The notes below the pieces were generated by a model, which saw only the letters and a list, made by a program, of their open reading frames with translations, made no database searches and was not told the origin of the DNA. From assembly GCA_021777565.1 (NCBI GenBank), contig JAJYDJ010000004.1, positions 100,077 to 140,642 on the forward strand: a stretch of DNA of 40,566 nucleotides. Direction: 5' to 3'. The DNA comes from a bacterium (GTDB lineage Bacteria > Patescibacteriota > Microgenomatia > Levybacterales > UBA12049). Both the position numbers and the translations under genes were made by a program. Position 1 is the first letter of the stretch. Every line of letters begins with the position of its first letter. Shown here piece by piece: positions 7,806-17,044 of the stretch.

Positions 7806-8343
7806 AAGCTACCTCCTTATTTTTGTTTGAAAGTTCTATGTCTATCTCATCAGGGTCAATATATACATCTGCAAAAGAACTTAAATTAACCTTAGAAGAA
7901 ATATTAAAGCTTTGATAGCCAATCTGGCCTCGAGTGCTATGCAAAGCAGCATAGTCTTCTTGCAATTCTGCATTGATCCTATGTATATCTGCATAAAGCT
8001 CATGCAAATTTGCATAGTTCATGCTGTGCATCTTTTTTGCAACATCCTTAAGAAATAGTGGAAAATAAGCAAGATGAATAGAATCTTTATACCTAATAAG
8101 ATACTTTTTCTTTTCAAGATTTTTTAACTGTCTCGAAACAGTAGATTGATTGCAGTTCATTATGACTGCAAGGCTAGAATGCGATTTAGTGATATAAGAG
8201 AATTGAAGATTACTTCTATCCCATACTGCTTCCATTATTAATGTTATGTAAAAACCAAATAGGGCGTATCCTAGGTCTTTTTCAAGTAACTTTGCTTGTC
8301 TTGGTAAAACCAGATACCCATGATAATTCACTTTATTTTCCAT
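7801..8343 (-). CDS. Winged helix-turn-helix protein (replication-initiator-like)
   Basis: SHSSLAVIMNCNQSTVSRQLKNLEKKKYL HTH; position in the element core. Confidence 0.6.
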   Translation of the reverse strand: MENKVNYHGYLVLPRQAKLLEKDLGYALFGFYITLIMEAVWDRSNLQFSYITKSHSSLAVIMNCNQSTVSRQLKNLEKKKYLIRYKDSIHLAYFPLFLKDVAKKMHSMNYANLHELYADIHRINAELQEDYAALHSTRGQIGYQSFNISSKVNLSSFADVYIDPDEIDIELSNKNKEVAY

Positions 8344-8368
8344 ACCTATACATCTCTCTTGTTTAGTT

Positions 8369-8620
8369 TTAACCGCTAAAAATCATATCCTTGATATCTC
8401 TGAAAGCGGAATAAAGTACTTTAGGCTGGATTGCTAACGCATTTAAGTTCCAGTAACTTTGTATAAGCTCTTCCGCTTTAGCTTTAGGAGTGAATTGAAA
8501 AAGAATTGCTCCATTAGGCAATCTTCGTTTCCCAAGAAGCTGTACTTGATTTGTAGCGTATAAGTACGAAGCTACTGCTATATCTTTTATCTCTGCGGCT
8601 GAATTCTCATTCCTATCCAT
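8369..8620 (-). CDS. DUF5659-like small protein
   Basis: DIAVASYL...FQF...LIQSYW....IQPK.LYSA.RDIKDMI pattern, recalled from mobile-element proteins. Confidence 0.6.
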   Translation of the reverse strand: MDRNENSAAEIKDIAVASYLYATNQVQLLGKRRLPNGAILFQFTPKAKAEELIQSYWNLNALAIQPKVLYSAFRDIKDMIFSG

Positions 8621-8730
8621 ACTATCTAGTATTATTGTATTTGAGGCTAAACAATTACTTATACATTTTTAAAATGATGTATTGGGAGGAGTGAGGCTAT
8701 GTATATAAATTGCTCTAATGTGATATACAT

Positions 8731-9090
8731 TTAGACAGAGTTTTGTAAACTCTTCTCTAGTTCTTCAATGCGTTTCTCAAATTCTGCTTTCTCATGAGCA
8801 TCTAACCAACACCGCGTCAAAAATCCTATGGTCGAACCCACCTTTATTGGTACTTTCCCTTGCCAGATACCATTGATTGTTTTGCTTATAAGCATCTGTA
8901 TGTCTTTAGGTGTTCTTAGTGTTATTTCCTCTTGAAAAGAAATGGATGGACTCCTATTAGTTCCACCTTTCTGAGAAGCAGCATAAGCCCGTGTAATGTG
9001 TTCAGGACTATGCCGAAAGCAAAGTTGAGTATCTACAATACTGTTCGCCTTGCATTGCTCTTTATTTGTTTTTATATAGGTGCATTTCAT
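8731..9090 (-). CDS. Hypothetical protein with N-terminal Cys/His (Zn) motif, phage-like
   Basis: KC....K.QC.ANS.....CFRH...KGG; C-terminal coiled coil; ATGA-coupled to the upstream ORF. Confidence 0.55.
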   Translation of the reverse strand: MKCTYIKTNKEQCKANSIVDTQLCFRHSPEHITRAYAASQKGGTNRSPSISFQEEITLRTPKDIQMLISKTINGIWQGKVPIKVGSTIGFLTRCWLDAHEKAEFEKRIEELEKSLQNSV

Positions 9091-9299
9091 ACAGAAATTC
9101 CATCTTTGGTTAAATAAGTCTTAATAAGAATAATATCTGTACTTTTTTTTGAGTTATCCCACTCCACAAGCCCGCCATTTTTGTACATATAGATAACCTT
9201 TCCAACTTGATAAAGAGTAAGAGTTGTAGGAATCGTTTCAATAGACTCAGTCTTGCCAATTTGAGCCTCAAGTTGTCTTAATCGCATATATACATTCAT
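9087..9299 (-). CDS. Hypothetical protein
   Basis: 70 aa ORF translationally coupled to 8731-9090. Confidence 0.5.
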   Translation of the reverse strand: MNVYMRLRQLEAQIGKTESIETIPTTLTLYQVGKVIYMYKNGGLVEWDNSKKSTDIILIKTYLTKDGISV

Positions 9300-9403
9300 A
9301 ACTTAGTTATGGGGTACCCAGTTTTATAGTAGCTGAACGTAAGAGAAATCTTATACAAAATAGAGATAACAGAAAAAAACATACCAACTGTTATAATAAA
9401 AGC

Positions 9404-10141
9404 ATGGATTTAGAAGTAAAAGAAAAGCTACTTAAAAAGCATTGGTTTCCTCCTCAATATGTCTTGCACGCATGGAATACAATCTTAGATATATTTGGTG
9501 TTGATATTATCAACTCCGATACTGATTTAAAAAAGGTGCAAGAAATGAAAGCTACCTCGATTATGATGTTAGGAATATATAAAAACCTTGGTTTTGAAAA
9601 ATATTTCATGCAAGGAGCAACAGAAAAAGAACAATTTCCTGACACTTTTACCATTTATCAGACTGAGCACCCAGTAGAAACAAAATGGCAAACAATTGAA
9701 GTAGTAGGCTATGGAGACCAAGATAATAGACATATTGATGTAGGTCAATTCATTCTTGAGACAAAACTTGTTAGTAAGAAGAAAGCATATGATGAAGATA
9801 CAATTATCCTATGCAATATCCTGAAGGATAATACTCAAATTGATTATGTTGACATATTTAGTAAACTGAGCTCTGCAAAATTTAAACCTACCCGAGTATA
9901 CGTTGTCGGAAATCTTCATGATGATATTTGGAGATTATCTCAGGTGTGGCCAACAATAACACATGTAAATATAGACGTAGTTGCAGAAGCAAATAATTAT
10001 CCTGAGAAACGTCCCTTTCTATTTCGTCTAGGAAAATCTGAGACTTTTGATGTCCAGCATCATCAACTCATTCCTGTTCCTAATGCGTTCGAAATATTTG
10101 GACTAGATGAAAGCAAGTTAAGAGCAAGATATAATAAGTAA
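9404..10141 (+). CDS. Hypothetical protein, possible PD-(D/E)xK-like fold
   Basis: 245 aa; E...EQFPDTF...QTIEVV pattern; TATAAT 6 nt before the ATG. The fold call is weak. Confidence 0.5.
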   Translation: MDLEVKEKLLKKHWFPPQYVLHAWNTILDIFGVDIINSDTDLKKVQEMKATSIMMLGIYKNLGFEKYFMQGATEKEQFPDTFTIYQTEHPVETKWQTIEVVGYGDQDNRHIDVGQFILETKLVSKKKAYDEDTIILCNILKDNTQIDYVDIFSKLSSAKFKPTRVYVVGNLHDDIWRLSQVWPTITHVNIDVVAEANNYPEKRPFLFRLGKSETFDVQHHQLIPVPNAFEIFGLDESKLRARYNK

Positions 10142-10168
10142 AATTAGGAACATGGAACAAAACATAAT

Positions 10169-10657
10169 ATGTGGAATAATTTATTAAGTGGGCTCATTGG
10201 TGCGGTAATAGGTGCTGTTATTGGTGGTTACCTTTCTTATCTTGGAGCAATAAAAGCAGCAGAAAAAACTATTACAGCTCTATATAAACAGGACCACGAA
10301 CGTAGGGAAATAGAAGCTAAAGAAAAGAAAGATGCAATTGTTAATAACCTGCTAGGTGAAATAAGTGAAAATATTGACCTTGCAGACCAAAATCAAATAG
10401 CGCACGCAAAGATAAAATTCATTACTGATGCTTGGGATAGCGCTAGAGGTAATTTGTATTACCTGAGTGAACCTACTCAGGCTCAAATACAAAAAGCCTA
10501 CATAAATGCACACAACTATAATGCTTTAGTTGAGTATGATTTAGCAAAAGTTCCCTATGGAGCGGGTTACTTTGATGACGAAATGAAAAAGAGAGCCTTA
10601 GCAACCAAAGGTGAGCTAGTTGTTTGCAAGACAGAGTTAGAGAAATTAAAGAAATAA
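10169..10657 (+). CDS. Hypothetical protein with N-terminal Gly-rich membrane anchor
   Basis: LLSGLIGAVIGAVIGGYLSY followed by a charged coiled coil. Confidence 0.65.
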   Translation: MWNNLLSGLIGAVIGAVIGGYLSYLGAIKAAEKTITALYKQDHERREIEAKEKKDAIVNNLLGEISENIDLADQNQIAHAKIKFITDAWDSARGNLYYLSEPTQAQIQKAYINAHNYNALVEYDLAKVPYGAGYFDDEMKKRALATKGELVVCKTELEKLKK

Positions 10658-10658
10658 T

Positions 10659-11483
10659 ATGAACATCACTCCAGAATTTGTGACAGCGCTATTAAGCGGC
10701 CTCGTCGGATCCATACTAGGAGCAGTGACTGGTGGATATTACTCATATAAAGGATCAATTGATTCTGCAAAACAGCAAATTTCATCACTTTACAAGCAAG
10801 AAGAGGACAGAAGAAGGCATGAATCTAAAAGAAGAATTCATGACATAAGACATGACAAATACTACGAACATAGAAATACTATTGTTCAAATTGAGCAAGA
10901 GTTAATACCACTCCGAGTAAACATCTCTCGAGATATAATATCTATAGCAGATGCTATTACCAATACACATGAGGCAAATGTCAGATTTATTTTAAGATTT
11001 TATGGGTTACACCTCAGTAATGGTCTCGGACTTCGACTTATGAATTTAGACATAATCAATAAGTATGCTGAATTATATTCAGCTATTGAGAGCTTTAATT
11101 CAGATATTCAGTATGTTTCTGGTATGGTTTCATCTTTTATGGATGATAGGAAAGCTGGAAAAATTGACGATTCAATGATCGAGTCATATAAAGTATTTAT
11201 ACCTCAATTACAAGATACATGTGAACAAATTGACCAGAAATCATTGGAGCTCTTGGGAATGTGTAAGCTAGCGATAGGTAAAGAAGATAAAAAGATTCGA
11301 GATCAATATGTAGAAGATGGCAAGGAGATTAAATACACTTTTGATAAAAAATCCTTAAATAATAAATATGAAGGAATTAAAAAAGAAGAAGATGGTTCAC
11401 TCCATCAGGCTGAAAAACAACCCAAATTTGTCTCTCCTTTCTTGGATTTAAAAAAAGTACTTATAACACCCGTAAACGTTTGA
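10659..11483 (+). CDS. Hypothetical protein with paralogous N-terminal membrane anchor
   Basis: LLSGLVGSILGAVTGGYYSY...LYKQ; starts 1 nt after the previous stop. Confidence 0.65.
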   Translation: MNITPEFVTALLSGLVGSILGAVTGGYYSYKGSIDSAKQQISSLYKQEEDRRRHESKRRIHDIRHDKYYEHRNTIVQIEQELIPLRVNISRDIISIADAITNTHEANVRFILRFYGLHLSNGLGLRLMNLDIINKYAELYSAIESFNSDIQYVSGMVSSFMDDRKAGKIDDSMIESYKVFIPQLQDTCEQIDQKSLELLGMCKLAIGKEDKKIRDQYVEDGKEIKYTFDKKSLNNKYEGIKKEEDGSLHQAEKQPKFVSPFLDLKKVLITPVNV

Positions 11484-11532
11484 TTCTAGGATGCTGAAAA
11501 AAGCTCAAGACCTATCGATTCTCTCGAAAAAA

Positions 11533-11769
11533 CTAAAAAGCGATGAGGTCTCTTGCCTTCACTCCAAGTCCTTTGGAGATTTTAATTAAATATCTGATTG
11601 TTGTATTAACATAACCATTCTCAATTTTTGCTAAATAAGATACATCAAGGCTCGCTTTATCAGCTAAATCTTCTTGAGTCATTCTTTTCCCTTCCCTAAG
11701 AGACTTTATTGTTTCCCCAAGTAGCCTTCTTTCTTTTTGGAACGGATTATCCTGTGAGTATCCTCGCAT
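11533..11769 (-). CDS. XRE-family HTH transcriptional regulator
   Basis: LG..IK.LR....MTQEDLA......SYLAKIENG..N. Confidence 0.9.
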   Translation of the reverse strand: MRGYSQDNPFQKERRLLGETIKSLREGKRMTQEDLADKASLDVSYLAKIENGYVNTTIRYLIKISKGLGVKARDLIAF

Positions 11770-11854
11770 AAAGCAATTATTGAAGAACTAGCAATATAGC
11801 ACCATTCCATATATAGAAAGTTTCTGATAGAATTAGACTGGAGGTTATATTAAT

Positions 11855-12121
11855 ATGAGCACTCTGCACGACACACTTTTATTCCAATCAAAGACATTTG
11901 GGCAAACAATTACCGTATATACAGGCTATATTGAAGTCAACTCTCTTGGATTAAAGAATACTATTCCGATCTCCAACATAGCTGAAATCACACAATGGCC
12001 AAGTGTTTTTAGAAAGATGATTAGATTGAGCTTTAACAACGGCAAAAAGCTAGATATATACCCCAAAAATTCAGATGAGTTCTTGTTAATAGTGAGCAAG
12101 CTCACGAACGTGAACAAATAA
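11855..12121 (+). CDS. Small hypothetical protein (bacterial PH-domain-like)
   Basis: GGAGG SD; beta-rich 88 aa with IPISNI.EI and a C-terminal helix; divergent from the XRE gene. Confidence 0.5.
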   Translation: MSTLHDTLLFQSKTFGQTITVYTGYIEVNSLGLKNTIPISNIAEITQWPSVFRKMIRLSFNNGKKLDIYPKNSDEFLLIVSKLTNVNK

Positions 12122-12348
12122 ATCTTTTCCCAGATATTCTGGAATAATGTCTGCAAGTGGCATTCTAGAGTCTTGTAGCTTACCTCTATGAGAGAGCCAG
12201 ATACTGATCGATCACCTCAATATTCCATATATGGCGCTATAGTACAACCTTTCCTGCTTTTGGTGCTGATATATAAGTTGATATGGCCAAATAATTGTAA
12301 ATAGTCTAGTTTTATACTAAAATGTGCAGATTGATAAGATAAATAATT

Positions 12349-13176
12349 ATGGGACTAGAATTAGAACAATCCACGCTCCAAGCACTTTTTAACCCGCAAG
12401 AGTTTCGAGACTTTAGTGGAATTATCAGTGAAGTTTGCGCTAGACATCCCGACGTACAAGGAGTGGTTATAACTGGTAGCTTAACCCAAAGACTCAGATT
12501 ACCAGAACCCCCAGATGGGCACTTTGAGAATCCATACCAAGAAGCATATAGCCTTATCGAAAGGCCTGGTAGGCGAAGAATATTTCCTAGCGCAACGTCA
12601 GATTTAGATGTATGGGTTTGTCTCAAAGACCCAGACGATATAGGAGATGTAAAGCTTGCATTAGAGACCAGAGCGATAGAGCTTATCAAATGGTTGGCAG
12701 ATCATCAAGGTTTATATCCAACCGCTGAATGGGCACTTCTCAAACAGCAAGCATTTGATGCATTTTATAAACAAGCATATATGTATTCACACGTTTGGAA
12801 TGAGCTTAATCCACAGTATCCCTGGAGAGGTGGTCACTTAAAACGAGAAATAATACGAGAATTACAAGGTAGTATGCCAAGCTTGATCGCTAGAATAAAC
12901 CATCATTTTACAAAAGGGATTCCTGGTCAATTTATTGAACTTAGAGCACTCCCAGCTTCAACGTTTAATCTACGACCTGATGAGAATATTATTGATGGAG
13001 TTGAAGATAAGTCTCCATTCCCAAGGATCATTGAACGTTTGTTAGATATGGATAGAAACTGCTTTGTATTGTTTATTTCCAACACAGGACAAGAAGAAAT
13101 GATATATCCTTTCAATATGGATGGGGAGCGACTTGGACAAGGAATACTAGATTTTATTACAACCCCTCAGGACTAA
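12349..13176 (+). CDS. Divergent Pol-beta-superfamily nucleotidyltransferase, copy 1
   Basis: GVVITGS...SDLDVWV signature with a long insert between GS and DxD; paralogue of 18645-19484. Confidence 0.65.
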   Translation: MGLELEQSTLQALFNPQEFRDFSGIISEVCARHPDVQGVVITGSLTQRLRLPEPPDGHFENPYQEAYSLIERPGRRRIFPSATSDLDVWVCLKDPDDIGDVKLALETRAIELIKWLADHQGLYPTAEWALLKQQAFDAFYKQAYMYSHVWNELNPQYPWRGGHLKREIIRELQGSMPSLIARINHHFTKGIPGQFIELRALPASTFNLRPDENIIDGVEDKSPFPRIIERLLDMDRNCFVLFISNTGQEEMIYPFNMDGERLGQGILDFITTPQD

Positions 13177-13202
13177 TATTGCTCCAAAATAGCTATAATT
13201 CG

Positions 13203-14480
13203 CTATAGGGGGTAAGCAAATAATGGGATTTCCATTTCATTTCTACTCAGACCTCCATGTTGCCCCTTAGCCTGCTTCAAATATTTATCGCCTCTATACC
13301 ACCAGACTGATTGCCCATTATAAGGGAGAATAATAAGATCTCCAACAATCTTTTTAAAACGATTTGATGGGGTAGCACTTCCGAAAAATCCTTGATCTAG
13401 CAGATCCTTGCTTTTATACACTTCCGCAACTCCATTCAAAGACTGTTCTAATTTTTCTTTTGCTTTGTCTACATAATCAGGCTTTATATATAAAAATAGA
13501 TCTTTGGCTGATCCTCCAGGTAAGATTGGCTCATTATTTGCATTTCTCTTTAAGTAGTCTTCAAACTCAGGGATGATTTTATTAATATATATTGTTTCTT
13601 CTGGATCAAAAACGTCATGTCCATGATCTGCAGTAATCAGTAAAAGTGTCTTTGATTGCTTCTCCCGCACTTTATTTAATAACAATTCATCAATTAGTCT
13701 TAATGTATTGTCAATTTCTAGATCAAGCTCAGGAGAACCCGCACCATATTTATGGGCAATATCATCTATAGAGTTTATATAAAAATAAAAGAACCGTTTT
13801 CCCTGCGCAGGTTGATCAATAAGTTTAGATAGTTCATATAGACCTTCATTTAAGGTGATATAAGAAAACATATTACTGCCCTCCATGAGTACTTTATTAA
13901 ATTCAGAGTTTGCATAACTATCACCCAAGAATGTAAAAGAGGTAATTCCCTCGTTGGCAAACTCCTTATAAACATTTTTTGCAGGATAAAGTTCACTAGG
14001 GGACAGTTGAAATTCTTTTGTTAAATCTACTCTACTTTTATATCCATGCTTAAACTTGATTGGCATAATAATATCATCAGCTTTTTCGTTATACTGCCTG
14101 AATTCAATTAGCTCCGTTTCTACGGGTTCCATGCCACTATTCATTGTGGGAACCGCAGCAGCTGTGGTAGAAGGAAAAACTGAAGTTAGCTTTGACAAGA
14201 CGCCATTCGATGTAAGTTTTTTTACTACTAAATTATCTTTTAATCGTGGCTCAATAAATCTCCAACCCAACCCATCTATAAAGAATAAAACTACGGTGTC
14301 AAATTCGTTACCAAGATTCCCCAGTACATCTTCAGGAAGTTTTTTATCAGACTTTCCAGTCAATATGGATTCTATTGTCCCAATCACATTGCTGAAACCA
14401 TAACTCTCATAAAGTGGTCTGATAAATGCTTTTGAGAATCGAGATTCATCGATAGCCTTTAGCGATTTGTCATTTACCAT
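13203..14480 (-). CDS. Alkaline phosphatase superfamily nucleotide pyrophosphatase/phosphodiesterase
   Basis: FFIDGLG, SVFPSTT nucleophile motif, DDIAHKYG, ITADHG, GQHGG....M.IP; AGGAG SD. Confidence 0.88.
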   Translation of the reverse strand: MVNDKSLKAIDESRFSKAFIRPLYESYGFSNVIGTIESILTGKSDKKLPEDVLGNLGNEFDTVVLFFIDGLGWRFIEPRLKDNLVVKKLTSNGVLSKLTSVFPSTTAAAVPTMNSGMEPVETELIEFRQYNEKADDIIMPIKFKHGYKSRVDLTKEFQLSPSELYPAKNVYKEFANEGITSFTFLGDSYANSEFNKVLMEGSNMFSYITLNEGLYELSKLIDQPAQGKRFFYFYINSIDDIAHKYGAGSPELDLEIDNTLRLIDELLLNKVREKQSKTLLLITADHGHDVFDPEETIYINKIIPEFEDYLKRNANNEPILPGGSAKDLFLYIKPDYVDKAKEKLEQSLNGVAEVYKSKDLLDQGFFGSATPSNRFKKIVGDLIILPYNGQSVWWYRGDKYLKQAKGQHGGLSRNEMEIPLFAYPL

Positions 14481-14512
14481 AGTAAGATAATACTCCTTTT
14501 ATAGCTAAATCT

Positions 14513-15691
14513 CTAGTTTTGATCTTCAAGAATACTTCTAATTTGTTCTTGTCTAAGATCTCTTTGTAGTAACCATGTCTCGTCAACAATAGGGGCTTTT
14601 TGATAGAAGAACCCTAACGCTGATAATCCATTACCTGTTGAGACTAATCTAGGAGCAAAATAGATACTATCTGGTGTTTCACCTTCTTCATAAGCCATAT
14701 ACATTGTGTAGGCGCACCCCCGAAGGAAGACCCTTTCCGTATTTGATCTTACATCTTCACCAGATTTCAGATTATGGGCAAGAAAAGATAACCATCGTAT
14801 GACTGATTCAGAATTCACCTGATATTCAATTAGAAAGCTAGCTAATCTAGTTTCAGCTTCTATTGTTGACCGCCTACGTGGCATACCTGTATGATCAATA
14901 TCATTCGTATCTATAAAGAGACTTGTAATCTCACCATATAAAGCAACTAAGTTGCTATGAAATATTTGTAAATCTTCATAGAATTGAATATCGTTTAATT
15001 GATCAGGCCTAAATGAAAGCTTTATTCCTTCTGAACGTCCTAAATCAATACTTGTAAATGAAGAAGTACCTCGTACCAAATGCTCCTGTATAGAGGGAAC
15101 CTCTAATAAGTTCGTAATGAGAGTGTTAAATGGGTCATCCATATAGTCTTGAAATCCTTTGGAAAGAGTAGAGCTCCTTACTTCTTGCAATGTTGAAGCT
15201 TCATGCTCGCTAATAGCAAATGCATGAAAATGCAAATCAGGGAGTGACTGCACGTGAACTTTCTTACCAAATACAGACTGATCATAAATAGGATCAACAT
15301 GGAAACTAGTAGAAATCACATGAGCTCTAGTTGGAGTTATTTCACTATAAGCATGATGTAATGCAAAAAGTTCCTGGAAGGTTCTCTGCAACTCGTGGGG
15401 AGATAGCGCATCAATAGAGTTTACTGTATCATTCTCCCGAGCAATATATAGCATATTATCTAATCCAGGTTCTGCAATATATGGATTCCTTTTGGGGAAT
15501 AAGTAGGCACCAAGTGTTGCAGAAAGATCTCGATATAAGAAAGATGCCTGTTCCAATTGGGCTTGTCCTCCTTCAATCCTACGTCCTTGTTCATATAAAG
15601 CATCACTGGTTGACATATTACCCTTCGGAACATCACCAATGGTGATCATTTTATATCTGCTCTCTGGTGAATGGGATAATAACTCTATCAC
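14513..15691 (-). CDS. Hypothetical protein with HIT-like motif
   Basis: VQSLPDLHFHAF resembles the HIT Q.V.HLHFH motif with the first His replaced by Asp; ATGA-coupled. Confidence 0.5.
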   Translation of the reverse strand: MIELLSHSPESRYKMITIGDVPKGNMSTSDALYEQGRRIEGGQAQLEQASFLYRDLSATLGAYLFPKRNPYIAEPGLDNMLYIARENDTVNSIDALSPHELQRTFQELFALHHAYSEITPTRAHVISTSFHVDPIYDQSVFGKKVHVQSLPDLHFHAFAISEHEASTLQEVRSSTLSKGFQDYMDDPFNTLITNLLEVPSIQEHLVRGTSSFTSIDLGRSEGIKLSFRPDQLNDIQFYEDLQIFHSNLVALYGEITSLFIDTNDIDHTGMPRRRSTIEAETRLASFLIEYQVNSESVIRWLSFLAHNLKSGEDVRSNTERVFLRGCAYTMYMAYEEGETPDSIYFAPRLVSTGNGLSALGFFYQKAPIVDETWLLQRDLRQEQIRSILEDQN

Positions 15692-17040
15692 ATTGAATCC
15701 CCCTTATATGCATCAAAAAGTCTCCATACGTATATTTTTCTTAACTGATAATCCTGTTTAATCGACCTAGCTATTGGGAGAGTGCCAACCGATGTTTGAA
15801 AATCTGGATGCATAAAGTTTGCAATATACGCTGATCTTCGTTCTGCAGAACTTCGTTGTTTATAAATAACTCTATAAGGATCAATTTCAACAAAGCTTAA
15901 CCTAACTGAGTCTGCTCCTAAATCTACAAGTGTGTCATGAATAAGCTGCGCTGTTTGACCTGAGTTTGCGTTATCCTCGACAACCTGAATTTGTTTTCCA
16001 ATAATTTCTGCTTCATGACGTAGTAGGTAAGCTCTTAGCTGCTCGTCAGAAAAAGCTTCAAACGAATTGATAGTTGTAGAATGTAATGAAAGAGGTACAT
16101 ACAGGATTGGTAAATCTTTGCCATTGAGATGACGGTATGCCATTTGAAATGCAATTGCTGTTTGAGTCCCACCACTGACAAGCGCTAAGAGCGTATCTGC
16201 AATATATCCCTGTCTGAGAGTTTCCTGGATATGTGCCATGATACGCAAAGGATGATCTACTTCCTGCACCGTATATTGTCTATAGTTTCTATCCTGTTGA
16301 GATAAAAAACTAAGCAAATCAGTAGTTTCCTGTTGTAACTGAGTAAAGTCTAAATCTTTGTCATATTCACGCCCAAGAAATGTTTGATAATACATCCTTG
16401 TTGCTATCTCTGCCAATTGAATAGCATGTTCCCTATATGCATGATATAAATCATCTGTAATAAGGTTTCCAAAACGTTCAGGATAAGTTAAAACATGTAA
16501 GGCAGTTAACGCATGTTGTTTGAAGTAATCAACCACACCTAGTAACCCAAGCAGGTCGTCTTGAGACGCGGTATTTCTATCAAAATGATGGATAACATGC
16601 AATGCGTCCACCATATCTCTCTGCATTATCTCAATCTTGCTTTGTGAGTCAATAAATTCTGGGTCAACAGCGACATAATAACTCTTTCCACGATTTTCAA
16701 CCCTTCCTCTATGATCATAATGCCTGGACTTGTGTTCAAAAAAGTCTAATATCGATTGATCTGTTATGCCATGTGGCAATATAACAGCTCCTGTTAGCGG
16801 TTCGAATTGAGTGGCAAGATCAACTTCTTTAAGGCTGGGCAATTCTGTTCCCCAAAAAATGGAAGAGTGAATATCACTTTCCAATTGAGATACTCTTTGC
16901 GCTAACAGTCTATCTGTCTCCGTAACTAATGAGTAAACATCTACATGGTCAGCTTGCAAAGAATATTGCTGAGAATCTTCAGGTGAGATTGGCCAGATAT
17001 TAGTTCTTACTACTTCTTGTTCATGAATTCTTATACTCAT
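15688..17040 (-). CDS. Protein with C-terminal type I phosphoribosyltransferase domain
   Basis: LVSGG loop and IQVVEDNANSGQT PRPP-binding motif, L...GA..V; N-terminal ~260 aa unrecognised. Confidence 0.7.
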   Translation of the reverse strand: MSIRIHEQEVVRTNIWPISPEDSQQYSLQADHVDVYSLVTETDRLLAQRVSQLESDIHSSIFWGTELPSLKEVDLATQFEPLTGAVILPHGITDQSILDFFEHKSRHYDHRGRVENRGKSYYVAVDPEFIDSQSKIEIMQRDMVDALHVIHHFDRNTASQDDLLGLLGVVDYFKQHALTALHVLTYPERFGNLITDDLYHAYREHAIQLAEIATRMYYQTFLGREYDKDLDFTQLQQETTDLLSFLSQQDRNYRQYTVQEVDHPLRIMAHIQETLRQGYIADTLLALVSGGTQTAIAFQMAYRHLNGKDLPILYVPLSLHSTTINSFEAFSDEQLRAYLLRHEAEIIGKQIQVVEDNANSGQTAQLIHDTLVDLGADSVRLSFVEIDPYRVIYKQRSSAERRSAYIANFMHPDFQTSVGTLPIARSIKQDYQLRKIYVWRLFDAYKGDSM

Positions 17041-17044
17041 AAAC

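Noticed and set aside
12349-13176. Calling the NTases CBASS CD-NTases or MNT-HEPN antitoxins
   Set aside because: No adjacent recognisable Cap effector, cap2/3 or HEPN partner, and the spacing and C-terminal region do not look like those families.
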